Shown here one piece after another: positions 28,901 through 39,256 of a stretch of 64,000 nucleotides of DNA (position 1 is the first letter of the stretch; each line of letters begins with the position of its first letter). The notes below the pieces were generated by a model that saw nothing but the letters and a program-made list of their open reading frames with translations, ran no database searches and was not told the DNA's origin. Source of the stretch: an uncultured Clostridia bacterium (GTDB lineage: Bacteria; Bacillota; Clostridia; TANB77; CAG-508); assembly GCA_944386695.1 (NCBI GenBank), contig CALXCB010000001.1, positions 6,620 to 70,619 on the forward strand, read 5' to 3'. A program made the translations under genes and the position numbers.

Positions 28901-29407
28901 TTAAATCAAGCCTTCTATTATATGAACTATTATTTTACCATTTTCTAGATCGATATCTTTTATTACCTCATCTATATATGGTAATAAATATTGTTTTCCT
29001 AGTTCATTTTTTACAACATATATATCTGAACTTCCTGAATTAAAAATATCATCTAAAATACCTAGTTTTTCTCCAGTATCCACATACACTGGAAGTCCTA
29101 GTAAATCTGCAATAAAATATTGTCCTTCTTCTAATTCGATTGCATCTTTTCTATCTATTTCTACATAAGAATTTCTTAATTTTTCTGCTTCTTCCACAGT
29201 TTCAATGCCTTTGAATTTTACAAGCACCATATTTTTTTGATATTTTACTTCTGCTATTTCTAATTTTTGTTCTTTATTTTTTGATTTTATATATACATTT
29301 TTTAAATTACCAAATCTTTTAATATCATCTACATATGGATAAATTTTTACAAAGCCTTTTATTCCAAATGTATTAACAATCTGACCAACTTCTAATCTTT
29401 CTTTCAT
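28901..29407 (-). CDS. rimM: 16S rRNA processing protein RimM
   Basis: VGQIVNTFGIKGFVKI is an N-terminal RimM motif. It also has a PRC barrel tail and lies in the conserved rpsP-KH-rimM-trmD-rplS order. Confidence 0.85.
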   Translation of the reverse strand: MKERLEVGQIVNTFGIKGFVKIYPYVDDIKRFGNLKNVYIKSKNKEQKLEIAEVKYQKNMVLVKFKGIETVEEAEKLRNSYVEIDRKDAIELEEGQYFIADLLGLPVYVDTGEKLGILDDIFNSGSSDIYVVKNELGKQYLLPYIDEVIKDIDLENGKIIVHIIEGLI

Positions 29408-29417
29408 ATAAATTACC

Positions 29418-29648
29418 TTATCCAATAAATTCAACAGTTGCTTTTTTATGTTCTTTTGCTGCAACAGCTTTCATTACTGTTCTTATAGATTTTGCAATTT
29501 TCCCTTGTTTTCCTATTATTTTTCCCATGTCGCCTTCTGCTACTTTTACTTCAAATACTACTGATTGAGTACCTGCTATTTCATTTACTTCAACAGCTTC
29601 TTTGTTATCTACTAAATTTGCAACTATTGTTTGTAATATTTCTTTCAT
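29418..29648 (-). CDS. KH-domain RNA-binding protein (YlqC-like)
   Basis: GKIIGKQGKIAKSIRTV is a KH GxxG motif. The gene has the conserved position after rpsP. Confidence 0.8.
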   Translation of the reverse strand: MKEILQTIVANLVDNKEAVEVNEIAGTQSVVFEVKVAEGDMGKIIGKQGKIAKSIRTVMKAVAAKEHKKATVEFIG

Positions 29649-29683
29649 CCTCTTTGTCCTTTCACTTTTTATTATGATTTAAA

Positions 29684-29920
29684 TTATTTTGATGCTTTTT
29701 CAATTAATGCTTTTACTGTATCTGTTGGTTTAGCACCATTTTTGATCCATTTTTCAACTTTTTCTTTATCTAATACGATTGTTCCTGGTTTAGTCATTGG
29801 ATCATATGTACCAATTTGTTCAATTATTTTTCCATCTCTTGGGCTTCTAGAATCTGCAACTACTATATGATAGAAAGGTGCTTTTTTCTTTCCAGCTCTT
29901 TGTAATCTTATTTTTACCAT
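29684..29920 (-). CDS. rpsP: 30S ribosomal protein S16
   Basis: [31 protein letters not shown]. Confidence 0.95.
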   Translation of the reverse strand: MVKIRLQRAGKKKAPFYHIVVADSRSPRDGKIIEQIGTYDPMTKPGTIVLDKEKVEKWIKNGAKPTDTVKALIEKASK

Positions 29921-30011
29921 TATTTGTTCACCTCCTAATTGTTTGATGCTTTTTTGTGTTTTACTTTGATGTTTAGCATCTTATTTATATATTTTAAATT
30001 TAATAACAACT

Positions 30012-31367
30012 TTACATTAAATCTTTAAACTCATCCATTTTATCAAGTTTAAGACCTTTCATTACTCTTCTCATGCCACCTTTTGTTTTCATCTGCTTCA
30101 TCATTTTTTGCGTCATTTCAAAAGATTCCATGAATTTATTTATATCATGAACTTGGGTTCCACTTCCTTTTGCAATACGTTTTCTTCTGCTTCCATTTAA
30201 AATATTTGGATTTTTTCTTTCTTGTGCTGTCATTGATGTTATTATTGCTTCTATTCTTATAAATTCTTTATCATCTACTTTTAAATCTTTTAGTTTATCA
30301 GCTCCTGGTAGCATTTTTAGTAATGATGATACTGAACCCATTTTCTTTATTTGTCTTAATTGTACTAAATAATCGTCTAAATCAAATTTATTTTTTTGTA
30401 ATTGTTTTTCTAATTTTTCAGCTTCTTCTAAATCTAGAGCTTGCTCTGCCTTTTCTACTATTGACAAAACATCTCCCATTCCTAAAATTCTTGATGCCAT
30501 TCTGTCTGGATGAAATTCTTCTAATTCGTTTAGTTTTTCGCCAACACCTATGAATTTTATTGGTTTTCCTGTAACTTTTTTTACTGAAAGTGCTGCTCCT
30601 CCACGTGTATCTCCATCCAGCTTTGTTAATACAACTCCATCTATTCCTACTTGTTCATTAAAAGTTTGAGCTACATTTACTGCTTCTTGACCTGTCATAG
30701 AGTCAACAATAAGTAAAATTTCGTGTGGTTTTACAGCTCTTTTTATATCTTGAAGCTCTTGCATAAGTTTTTCGTCTATTTGTAAACGTCCAGCTGTATC
30801 TATTATTACTACATCATTTAGTTTTGACATCGCTGTATTTATTGCTCTTTTTGCTATTCCTACTGCATCTTTTGTGTTTTCTTCTGCATATACAGGAATA
30901 TTTAATTGTGAACCTACTACTTGTAATTGCTTTATAGCTGCTGGTCTATATATATCACATGCGACCATTAGAGGTTTTTTTCCATTTTTTCTTAAATAGT
31001 TTGCAAGCTTTCCTGCAAATGTTGTTTTACCAGCACCTTGAAGTCCTACTAACATGATTATTGTTGGTGGGTTTGATGATATATTTATTTTGCTATCTGT
31101 TCCTCCAAGTAATTCTATAAGCTCATCTCTAACTATTTTTACTACTTGCTCTCCTGGTTTTAATGATTTCATTACGTCTTGACCAAGTGCTTTTTCTTGA
31201 ATACTTGCTATAAATTCTTTTACTATTTTGTAGTTTACATCTGCTTCTAATAATGCAAGTTTTACTTCTCTAAGCATATCTTTCATATTGCTTTCTGTAA
31301 TTCTTGCTTCTCCTTTTATTTTTCTCGTAATATCTTGAAGTCTTGAAGATAATCCTTCAAATGCCAT
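30012..31367 (-). CDS. ffh: Signal recognition particle protein Ffh
   Basis: MAFEGLSSRLQ..., GLQGAGKTT, DTAGR, TKLDGD and an M-domain. An AAAGGAGGG SD lies 7 nt before the ATG at 31365-31367. Confidence 0.95.
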   Translation of the reverse strand: MAFEGLSSRLQDITRKIKGEARITESNMKDMLREVKLALLEADVNYKIVKEFIASIQEKALGQDVMKSLKPGEQVVKIVRDELIELLGGTDSKINISSNPPTIIMLVGLQGAGKTTFAGKLANYLRKNGKKPLMVACDIYRPAAIKQLQVVGSQLNIPVYAEENTKDAVGIAKRAINTAMSKLNDVVIIDTAGRLQIDEKLMQELQDIKRAVKPHEILLIVDSMTGQEAVNVAQTFNEQVGIDGVVLTKLDGDTRGGAALSVKKVTGKPIKFIGVGEKLNELEEFHPDRMASRILGMGDVLSIVEKAEQALDLEEAEKLEKQLQKNKFDLDDYLVQLRQIKKMGSVSSLLKMLPGADKLKDLKVDDKEFIRIEAIITSMTAQERKNPNILNGSRRKRIAKGSGTQVHDINKFMESFEMTQKMMKQMKTKGGMRRVMKGLKLDKMDEFKDLM

Positions 31368-31389
31368 TATTTTCCCTCCTTTTGAAAAA

Positions 31390-31710
31390 TCAGAAATCAA
31401 GTTTGCTATTTATTTGTTCTATTATTTCTTTTTGTTTTTTGTTTATATTTGTTTTTTCTAGTTTTTGTGTCAATGCTTTTAATTCTGTTTCTTTTTGCAT
31501 AAATTGGAGATATGTTTCATATTCTTGTAATTTTTTTTTGGATTTTACCAGTATTGTTCTTACTGCTTGTCTGGTTATGTTTTCGTTGTCTCCAATTTCT
31601 GATAATGATAAGTCTTCATTATAGTATAAGTCCATATATTTTCTTTGTGTCTCTGTTAATAAATTTCCATATATTGTAAGTAATATGCTGATTTTTATTT
31701 TTTCTTCCAC
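31390..31710 (-). CDS. ylxM: YlxM/UPF0122 putative HTH protein
   Basis: LTETQRKYMDLYYNEDLSLSEIGDNENITRQAV lies upstream of ffh, as in other Firmicutes. Confidence 0.8.
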   Translation of the reverse strand: MEEKIKISILLTIYGNLLTETQRKYMDLYYNEDLSLSEIGDNENITRQAVRTILVKSKKKLQEYETYLQFMQKETELKALTQKLEKTNINKKQKEIIEQINSKLDF

Positions 31711-31856
31711 TTTTCTCTTCTTTCTTTATTATATATTTTACAATAAAAAATCTGCTGCTTTTGCTGCAACAGATATTTTAACAGTAAACTATATCTGTAA
31801 TACGAATATAGTTTACACTCTTTTTTCTTATTTGTCAATAGTTTTGAAAGAAATTT

Positions 31857-32435
31857 CTATGTCAATTTATAAATTTTTTTTGCTTCTTCATATATTTTAT
31901 GATATTTTCTTTTAATATCATTTTTAAATTCTTCATCTTGTACCGATTTTAAATTAACTTTAACATTTACAATACTTGCTTTTATAGATGCAAATGCATA
32001 GTCTTTACAAATTTCAAAATCACTTGAAAGCATTCTATTTCCCACTTTACTTATTCTATCTGCTAGCTTTAATGTTTCAAAAGCATTTTTAGTCACATCT
32101 AAGCAAAATATAACCGCTTCTTTATTTATTCTTTCAAACTCTTCAGGATTTTCTTTTCTAATTTTATATCCTCCCAAAATTTTTTCTAAAACTTCTTTAT
32201 CTTTATCTATTACTATAAGTGCTTCTTTTTTTAACTCATCTACTTCTTTTTTTATATTTACAACTTCTTCTTGTACTGATTCATAATTTTTCTTTCCAAT
32301 TGTTAAATTACATATATATCCAATTAGCGAGTTTGTAATTGAAAGTATCATTCCTACTGCACTTCCACCTGCTATCTCTATTTCTTTACTTTCTAAATCA
32401 TCTAATACTGGTTTTAATTTTTCATTATATGACAT
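31857..32435 (-). CDS. Cyclodeaminase/cyclohydrolase (FTCD C-terminal-like) family protein
   Basis: IAGGSAVGMILSITNSLIGYICNLTIGKKNY is a typical N-terminal motif for the family. Confidence 0.65.
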   Translation of the reverse strand: MSYNEKLKPVLDDLESKEIEIAGGSAVGMILSITNSLIGYICNLTIGKKNYESVQEEVVNIKKEVDELKKEALIVIDKDKEVLEKILGGYKIRKENPEEFERINKEAVIFCLDVTKNAFETLKLADRISKVGNRMLSSDFEICKDYAFASIKASIVNVKVNLKSVQDEEFKNDIKRKYHKIYEEAKKIYKLT

Positions 32436-32442
32436 ACTTAAT

Positions 32443-33447
32443 TTATCCTTCCTTACACTTTTTTCTTCTTATTATCCAATCTTTATCTGCATTTATAGGT
32501 AATTTCATTTTTACCTGTTGTCCTTGCTTTCCTGGATTTACAGTTGGAATTTCCTCATCTGTTTCTATATCCCATAATTTATCTATTTTAAATTTTATAG
32601 GCTCTAATTTGCCTGGTACCAATAATTCCAAATCATCTCCAACTGAAAGCTTATTTCTTATCTCTATTATTGCTTTTTCTTTGCTTGCATCTATTACTTT
32701 TCCACCAAATTCATAATTTGTGTTATACTGTTTACCTTCATATTCTTGAATGTCTTTATTATCTCTACTATTAAAATAAAATGTTGTTAGTCCTCTTGTT
32801 TTTATTTTTTCTATTTCTTTCATATATTTTTTAGCATCATAATTATTTGGATCATTATAATAATCATCTATTGCTGCTCTATATACACTTACTATACTTG
32901 CTATATAATATTCTGTTTTTAGTCTTCCTTCTATTTTTAAACTATCTACTCCCATATCTATAATCTCTGGAAGCTCATTTATTAAACATAAATCTTTTGA
33001 AGAAAGTATACTTGTTCCATGCTCATCCATTTCAACAGGCATCAAGTTTCCTGGATTATTTTTTTCCTCTAAATATACATTATAAGACCATCTACAACTT
33101 TGAGCACAACTTCCATAATTTGCACTTCTACCACATAAAAAATCACTTAAAAAACATCTTCCAGAATATGAAAAACATATTGCACCATGTACAAATATTT
33201 CTATTTCCATATCTTTAGGTTTGTTTTCCATTATATATTTTAATTGATTTTTATTTAATTCTCTTGCCATAATCATTCTTTTACAACCTTGATTATACCA
33301 AAATTTACATGCTTCTAAACTCACCAAATTGGCTTGTGTACTTACATTTATAGGTACACTTGGTGCATATTTTAATATTGTTGATATTACACCTGGATCT
33401 GCTGCAATTATTCCATCTGGTTTTATATTTTCTAATTTTTCGCACAT
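32443..33447 (-). CDS. Peptidase U32 family protein, C-terminal 334 aa; it follows an in-frame TAA
   Basis: DPGVISTILKYAP...ELNKNQL...EIFVHGAICFSYSGRCFLS...SANYGSCAQSCRW is the U32 signature. Confidence 0.8.
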   Translation of the reverse strand: MCEKLENIKPDGIIAADPGVISTILKYAPSVPINVSTQANLVSLEACKFWYNQGCKRMIMARELNKNQLKYIMENKPKDMEIEIFVHGAICFSYSGRCFLSDFLCGRSANYGSCAQSCRWSYNVYLEEKNNPGNLMPVEMDEHGTSILSSKDLCLINELPEIIDMGVDSLKIEGRLKTEYYIASIVSVYRAAIDDYYNDPNNYDAKKYMKEIEKIKTRGLTTFYFNSRDNKDIQEYEGKQYNTNYEFGGKVIDASKEKAIIEIRNKLSVGDDLELLVPGKLEPIKFKIDKLWDIETDEEIPTVNPGKQGQQVKMKLPINADKDWIIRRKKCKEG

Positions 33448-33684
33448 TTATTTTATTTCTTTATAATCTGAATCATTTGGATATATATTCATTGCAACAT
33501 AAACTTTTTTTCCAATTGAGTGTGTATATTCTATTGTTTTTATTAAATCATCTTCATTTATCGCGGCTCTTGATCTTAATGAGAGCTCTTTTGTTCCACA
33601 ATATATTGCATCTGCACCATATAAAAATGCTATTTTTGCTTTTTCAAAAGATCCTGCTGGTGCTAATAGTTCTACTTTTTTCAT
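33448..33684 (-). CDS. Peptidase U32 family protein, N-terminal 78 aa; it ends at a TAA that is in frame with and adjacent to the next ATG
   Basis: MKKVELLAPAGSFEKAKIAFLYGADAIYCG is the normal U32 N-terminus. Confidence 0.7.
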   Translation of the reverse strand: MKKVELLAPAGSFEKAKIAFLYGADAIYCGTKELSLRSRAAINEDDLIKTIEYTHSIGKKVYVAMNIYPNDSDYKEIK

Positions 33685-33746
33685 TTATTATCAAATCCTT
33701 TCATATAATTTAGTATACTATTAAAACCCAATTTTTTCAAGTAAAA

Positions 33747-33776
33747 TTAGACTTTTTTGCTTATTTATGCTATAAT
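33747..33776 (+). promoter_or_regulatory. Putative extended -10 promoter for the 33812 gene
   Basis: TTAGAC, an 18-nt spacer, then TGcTATAAT (33768-33776). An AAAGGAGG SD precedes the ATG. Confidence 0.4.
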
Positions 33777-33811
33777 ATATAGATAGGCTATTATACAAAG
33801 GAGGTATTTTT

Positions 33812-35695
33812 ATGCCAGAAGCAAATACAAAATTAAATAATGATGCTCAATTGAGGAATTATTCACAAGAAAAAGTACATGAAATAACAATAGAATGTGT
33901 GAATAACTATCTTCTTCTTAATCAATATGATTCACTATTTCATACATTTCTATCTCTAGTATTTATGAAATTTAGAGATTCTGTAGCAACTAGTATTCAC
34001 ATTCCTTTTAGAAATAAAGCATCACAAAGTTCTATTCATAACATAGAAAAAGAATCTATAAGGTTATTAGAAGAGAAATTGCCAGAAAATTATACAAAAG
34101 AAGATATAGATATGTTGGCTCCAGATGTAGTTCAAAGTATTTGTAAAGACTTTTTAGCAGCAACTGTTGTTTTTCATTCAAAAAATAATCTAAGTGAATA
34201 TTGTGAAGAGTCTGATGATCCAACTGTAAAACAATTATATAACCAACTTCTTATTGTTGAGGATTATTTAAGAGCTATTGAAAGAAAAGAAGATAAAGGT
34301 CTATTTTCAAATATTTTTGGTTCATCAAAATATATTGATGTTTCTGATACTTATATTGATGGAGATCTTCCTAAGGATAAACGATTGACTAGACTAAAAC
34401 CTATGAATTTAAATAATGTTATGTCAAGAGAGGACTATTATAAGCAAAAAATAAATTTGCTTGTTTTACTTACAAATTCAAGTATGCTTTGTACAGAAAG
34501 TCCAGATGGCAAAACTCATAAATATTGTGTTGGCCAAGTAGACGTTCCTTATTTACAATTAGTAAAACAGGCTAAAGCTATGAATCCTCGAAATAATGAT
34601 GAGTTTATCAAAATTTTAACAGATTTAGCCAGAGAAAATTATTATGTACCATATCTGCCATTTGACGAGCAGCTAGAAAATACAATTAATGAATTTAAAG
34701 CTGCAAAAAAAGATTCTTCATTCAAATCTCCTCTTTCTGTTAAAGAAAGAGCTAAGAATATACAAGAATTAAAAAATTTACAATCTAATTTAAAACAGAT
34801 GAAAAATGACAGATTATTAAACTATGTTCTATCTATAGAACTTCCAAGGATATTTGATGAGCTTTCTACATTACCTAATTTACATGTTGAGGAAATATCA
34901 AAAAAAGTAAGAGGCAAACTTAATGGTTTTTATGCTAGTTATTATATTTTGAAATTAAATGATGTTGTTATATGTGAAGTTCAAGGGCAATCTGAATTTC
35001 GTTCTGATATTTCTAAAGATGGAAATGCAGCTCATAATATGATGGATTCAAAAAGTTTTAATTTTAGACATTTATTTGAGCCAGCAGCTTTTCCTTTTAA
35101 AAATACTCCTAAAGCTCAAGAAATATTGAAATTCTATTGTGACTTTTTGGAAACTGTTAATCTTAATACAGTAAGTGGATATCGTGTATCTAAAGAAGAT
35201 AAAACTGCTTTAAGAGATTTAAAAGATTTAGTTGAATATGCTTCATCAAAAATAAAAGTAAAAGATAAAGTTGAAGTTCAACCAGGAAATTTTATATCAT
35301 TTGAAAAATACATAGATAATATTTTATCTGCTTATGGTTCTAAATATGGAACTATAAATGCAGCTCATAGAATAGAGCATAACCAAGCATTAGAAGTTCC
35401 TCAAAATGCTTTGTTTTCACTTGAAAATTTACTAAGAGCTCGTGTAGGTTTTTCTTGTTTGGCAAATTTAATTAGAACCAAATATAAAGAGTGTAAATCA
35501 AAAATACCACCATATGATCTTGCTAAAGCATTCTCTCCTTCTTTTAGCGAACATGATATTAATAGTAATCTTGATGAAATAGAAAAAGCTAAAGAAACAT
35601 ATGAACCCCTAGATGTTCCATTTAATCCTATGAATGGCGAAGATTCAGATATACCACCTTATCATTCTTCTGATAAAGATGATGATGCTCGTTAA
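33812..35695 (+). CDS. Large (627 aa) hypothetical protein with a split, divergent RelA/SpoT-like nucleotidyltransferase signature
   Basis: It shows IPFRNKASQSSIHNIEK (R.K...S....K), KDFLAATVVF (D..G.R-like) and, about 250 aa later, GFYASYYIL...ICEVQGQSEFRS...AAH (GY.S.H...EIQIRT...H-like). Confidence 0.35.
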   Translation: MPEANTKLNNDAQLRNYSQEKVHEITIECVNNYLLLNQYDSLFHTFLSLVFMKFRDSVATSIHIPFRNKASQSSIHNIEKESIRLLEEKLPENYTKEDIDMLAPDVVQSICKDFLAATVVFHSKNNLSEYCEESDDPTVKQLYNQLLIVEDYLRAIERKEDKGLFSNIFGSSKYIDVSDTYIDGDLPKDKRLTRLKPMNLNNVMSREDYYKQKINLLVLLTNSSMLCTESPDGKTHKYCVGQVDVPYLQLVKQAKAMNPRNNDEFIKILTDLARENYYVPYLPFDEQLENTINEFKAAKKDSSFKSPLSVKERAKNIQELKNLQSNLKQMKNDRLLNYVLSIELPRIFDELSTLPNLHVEEISKKVRGKLNGFYASYYILKLNDVVICEVQGQSEFRSDISKDGNAAHNMMDSKSFNFRHLFEPAAFPFKNTPKAQEILKFYCDFLETVNLNTVSGYRVSKEDKTALRDLKDLVEYASSKIKVKDKVEVQPGNFISFEKYIDNILSAYGSKYGTINAAHRIEHNQALEVPQNALFSLENLLRARVGFSCLANLIRTKYKECKSKIPPYDLAKAFSPSFSEHDINSNLDEIEKAKETYEPLDVPFNPMNGEDSDIPPYHSSDKDDDAR

Positions 35696-35704
35696 AATAA
35701 ATAA

Positions 35705-35740
35705 AAAACCTTAAAGTAATTAATCTTACCTTAAGGTTTT
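35705..35740. terminator. Bidirectional terminator between the 33812 gene and folD
   Basis: The AACCTTAAAGTAA / TTACCTTAAGGTT hairpin is flanked by A and T runs. Confidence 0.6.
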
Positions 35741-35742
35741 AT

Positions 35743-36567
35743 TTATTTTATTGAATTTATTATATTATCTATTAATAATGTATTTGTTACTACTCCAATT
35801 CCTCCTGGTACAGGAGTTATGGCATATGCCTTTTCTTTTACATCTTCAAAATCAATATCCCCAACCATTTTACCATTTTCAAAATTAATTCCTACATCTA
35901 TAAGTATTGCTCCCTGCTTTATCATTTCTTTTTTTAGAAATTTTGCTTGTCCTATTGCCATTATTATAACATCTGCTTGTCTTAATATTTCTTCTATATT
36001 TTTAGTTTTTGAATGACAAATTGTTACTGTTGCATTTTTATTTAGTAATTGTGGAATAAGAGGCTTTCCTACAATATTGCTTCTTCCAAGTACTACAACA
36101 TTTTTTCCAGTCAAATCTATATTATAAAAATCTAAAGTTTCAATTACTGCTTTACTTGTACAAGGTATATTTACATCTTTTTTTCCAGCAAATAATTTTC
36201 CCATACTTAAATCACTTATACCTTCTATGTCTTTTTCAGCTGGTATTTGATTTATTAATTCTGATAAATGTGTAGGCAATGGTTGTTGAAACATTATTCC
36301 TGTAATTTTTGGATTAGAATTCACTTCATTAAAGTTTTTTATAAATTCTTCTTCGTTAGTTGATAGTTTTAATAAAAATTTTATACCATATTTACTACAA
36401 TTTTTTTCTATTCTTTTTATATATGTTAAACTTGCTTCATCTCCTTGCATTCCTAAAACTGCTATATATGGTATAATGTTTTTTTCTTGTTTTAATTTTT
36501 CTATTCGCTTTTCAAAATCTTTTTTTAGATTTTCGCTAACAGCTTTTCCTTCTAATAGTAATTCCAT
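35743..36567 (-). CDS. folD: Bifunctional methylene-THF dehydrogenase/methenyl-THF cyclohydrolase FolD
   Basis: GRSNIVGKPL...TICHSKT...PVPGGIGVVT. Confidence 0.9.
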   Translation of the reverse strand: MELLLEGKAVSENLKKDFEKRIEKLKQEKNIIPYIAVLGMQGDEASLTYIKRIEKNCSKYGIKFLLKLSTNEEEFIKNFNEVNSNPKITGIMFQQPLPTHLSELINQIPAEKDIEGISDLSMGKLFAGKKDVNIPCTSKAVIETLDFYNIDLTGKNVVVLGRSNIVGKPLIPQLLNKNATVTICHSKTKNIEEILRQADVIIMAIGQAKFLKKEMIKQGAILIDVGINFENGKMVGDIDFEDVKEKAYAITPVPGGIGVVTNTLLIDNIINSIK

Positions 36568-36592
36568 TTTTTCTTTTTCCTTACTTTTAATT

Positions 36593-37189
36593 TTATTTTT
36601 TCCAATAAGTAACAGCTAATCCATCTCCACTTTCTAAAATTTCAGTTTCTAGTTTTTCGTTTTCTGTTACTTCTTTTATATATTCTCTTAAATTTCTTAC
36701 AGCTGTACGTTGTTTATGCTTATTATAATCACTCATTACATAACCTTTATATAATATATTATCCGCAAAAATTATTCCTTTTGGTTCTAACATTCTAAGA
36801 GATTCTTTTAAAAAGAATGGATATTTTCCTTTTGCTGCATCTATAAATATCATGTCATATTTTTTGTTTAAAGTAGGTAAAATTTCTACTGCATCTCCTA
36901 CAATAATATTTATTCTATTTTCTAATTTCATTGCTTTTATATTTTCTTCAGCCTCTGCAGCTCTTGTTTTATCTCTTTCTATTGTATCAATTGTTCCATT
37001 TTCAGTTAAAAATGCAGAAAAACATATTGCTGAATATCCAACAGCTGTTCCTATTTCTAGAATTTTAGTTGGTTTATTTTTTTCTATTCTTTTTTCTATT
37101 TCCTCTAATGTATCATCCATTATTATTGGAATATGTTCCTCTAATGCTTTTATTTTTATTTTTGCTAATTTTTCTTTATTTTCTTGCAT
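36593..37189 (-). CDS. Class I SAM-dependent O-methyltransferase (YrrM/TrmR-like)
   Basis: ILEIGTAVGYS...IFIDAAKGKY resembles the COG4122 family. It lies near a U32 gene, as in the B. subtilis yrrMNO cluster. Confidence 0.65.
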   Translation of the reverse strand: MQENKEKLAKIKIKALEEHIPIIMDDTLEEIEKRIEKNKPTKILEIGTAVGYSAICFSAFLTENGTIDTIERDKTRAAEAEENIKAMKLENRINIIVGDAVEILPTLNKKYDMIFIDAAKGKYPFFLKESLRMLEPKGIIFADNILYKGYVMSDYNKHKQRTAVRNLREYIKEVTENEKLETEILESGDGLAVTYWKK

Positions 37190-37223
37190 ATTTAATCTTC
37201 CTTTATTTTATTGCATCTCTCAA

Positions 37224-39041
37224 TTATTTGTTATTTCTTGCTGCTCTTTCTCTTTCTTTATTGTTTAAAATTTTTTTTCTTAATCTTATAGAGTTAGGTG
37301 TAACTTCTACTAGTTCATCATCTTGAATAAACTCTATTGCTTTCTCTAAACTCATTTGAATTGGTGGCACTAAATGAAGCGCATCATCTGCTCCTGAAGA
37401 TCTAGTATTAGTTAAATGTTTTTCTTTACATACATTTACTGCTAAGTCTTCTGAACGAGAGTTTAGACCTACTATCATTCCTTCATATACATCTACACCA
37501 GGTCCAATAAATAAATCTCCTTTTTCTTGAGCGTTATATAGTCCATATGTTATAGATTTTCCTGTTTCAAATGCGACTATTGTTCCTCTAACTCTTGAAA
37601 CAACTTCTCCTTTAAAAGGCTCATATCCTTTAAACATACTTGCCATTGTTCCCTCGCCTTTTGTATCTGTTAGGAATTCTGTTCTATAACCAATAAGTCC
37701 CCTTGATGGAATATCAAATTCTATTTTTGTATGTCCATTATTAAGTGGTTCCATATTTGTCATTTCGCCTTTTCTTCTTCCAAGTTTTTCTATAACCGTT
37801 CCTACAGATTCATCTGGAACATTTACAACTAAAGATTCTATTGGCTCACATTTTACTCCATCTATTTCTTTTATAATAACCTTTGGACGAGAAACTAATA
37901 GTTCAAACCCTTCTCTTCTCATTGTTTCGATTAATACAGATAGGTGTAACTCTCCTCTTCCTGATACTTCAAAAGAGTCTGGAGTTTCTCCTTCTTTTAC
38001 TCTTAAAGATACATTTCTTTCTAATTCTTTAAATAGTCTATCTCTTATATGTCTTGAAGTTACAAATTGTCCTTCTCTTCCTGCAAACGGTCCATTATTT
38101 ACACTAAATGTCATTGTTACTGTTGGTTCATCTATATTTACAAATGGTATTTTTTCTACATTTTCTGGGTCACATACTGTTTCCCCTATACTTATATCTG
38201 AAATTCCTGCAAATTCTATAATATCTCCAGCTGATACTTCTTCAACTTCTACTTTTTTTAGACCTATATGTGTATATAATTTTGCAATTTTTCCTTGATA
38301 TACTGTATCATCAGCTTTTACTATAGAAACATTCATTCCTGATTTGAATTTACCACGTTCAACTCTTCCTACACCTATTCTTCCAACATAATCATCATAA
38401 TCTATGTTTGATACTAACATTTGAGCAGCTCCTTCTTCATCACAATTTGGAGCTTCTATTGAATTTATAATTGTTTCAAACAATGGTGTCATATCACTAT
38501 CTTCGTCAGTTAATTTTAATTTAGATGTTCCATTTTTTGCTGATGTGTAAACTACAGGAAAATCTAATTGTTCATCTGTAGCATTTAATTCTATAAACAA
38601 TTCTATTACTTCATCAACAACTTTTTCAGGATCGCATCCAGGTCTATCTATTTTATTAATTACTACAATTGGTTTTAGATTTAATGCTAGTGCCTTTTTC
38701 AAAACTTCTCTAGTTTGAGGCATTGCTCCTTCAAAAGCATCAACTAATAAAAGTACTCCATCTACTGTTTTAAGTACTCTTTCAACTTCTCCACCAAAAT
38801 CAGCATGTCCTGGTGTGTCTACTATATTTATTTTTATATCTTTATACATTACAGATGTATTTTTAGAAAGTATTGTTATTCCTCTTTCTTTTTCTAAATC
38901 ATTTGAATCCATTATTCTCTCTTGAACTTGCTCATTGTCTCTAAAAATATGGCTTTGTTTTAACAAACTATCTACAAGTGTTGTTTTTCCATGGTCAACG
39001 TGTGCGATTATTGCTATGTTTCTTATATTTTTGTTGTTCAT
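37224..39041 (-). CDS. typA: Translational GTPase TypA/BipA
   Basis: [27 protein letters not shown] and NKIDR. Confidence 0.95.
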   Translation of the reverse strand: MNNKNIRNIAIIAHVDHGKTTLVDSLLKQSHIFRDNEQVQERIMDSNDLEKERGITILSKNTSVMYKDIKINIVDTPGHADFGGEVERVLKTVDGVLLLVDAFEGAMPQTREVLKKALALNLKPIVVINKIDRPGCDPEKVVDEVIELFIELNATDEQLDFPVVYTSAKNGTSKLKLTDEDSDMTPLFETIINSIEAPNCDEEGAAQMLVSNIDYDDYVGRIGVGRVERGKFKSGMNVSIVKADDTVYQGKIAKLYTHIGLKKVEVEEVSAGDIIEFAGISDISIGETVCDPENVEKIPFVNIDEPTVTMTFSVNNGPFAGREGQFVTSRHIRDRLFKELERNVSLRVKEGETPDSFEVSGRGELHLSVLIETMRREGFELLVSRPKVIIKEIDGVKCEPIESLVVNVPDESVGTVIEKLGRRKGEMTNMEPLNNGHTKIEFDIPSRGLIGYRTEFLTDTKGEGTMASMFKGYEPFKGEVVSRVRGTIVAFETGKSITYGLYNAQEKGDLFIGPGVDVYEGMIVGLNSRSEDLAVNVCKEKHLTNTRSSGADDALHLVPPIQMSLEKAIEFIQDDELVEVTPNSIRLRKKILNNKERERAARNNK

Positions 39042-39123
39042 TTTTTCTTCTCCTTCTCTATCTTTTTATTCTCTATCTGCTTTTTAACTTTATTATTATA
39101 CTACGATTGTATATTTTTGTCAA

Positions 39124-39217
39124 TTTTTCATTGGGGTCGTTTCTTTTTGCAAAAGGGTCGGTTCTTTTCGCAAAAGGGTCGGTTCTTTTTGCAAAAAGAA
39201 ACGACCCCAATGAAAAA
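39124..39217. repeat. REP-B compound repeat with three direct 21-nt units plus an inverted terminal unit
   Basis: TTTTCATTGGGGTCGTTTCTTTTTGCAAAAGGGTCGGTTCTTTTCGCAAAAGGGTCGGTTCTTTTTGCAAAAAGAAACGACCCCAATGAAAAA. Confidence 0.8.
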
Positions 39218-39256
39218 TGATCTGTCCCAAATTCAAAAAAGTGAACTTTATTTAGT

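Noticed and set aside
33445-33450. The in-frame TAA in the U32 gene could be evidence for stop-codon reassignment.
   Set aside because: TAA, TAG and TGA all terminate many ORFs in this window at the expected C-termini, so a global reassignment is not supported. It is treated as a local split or nonsense event.
39124-39217. The REP-B arrays of 21-nt units (also at 13846-13920) could be a small CRISPR array.
   Set aside because: The units abut each other with no unique spacers and are shorter than CRISPR repeats. The arrays end in an inverted copy, and no cas genes are nearby.
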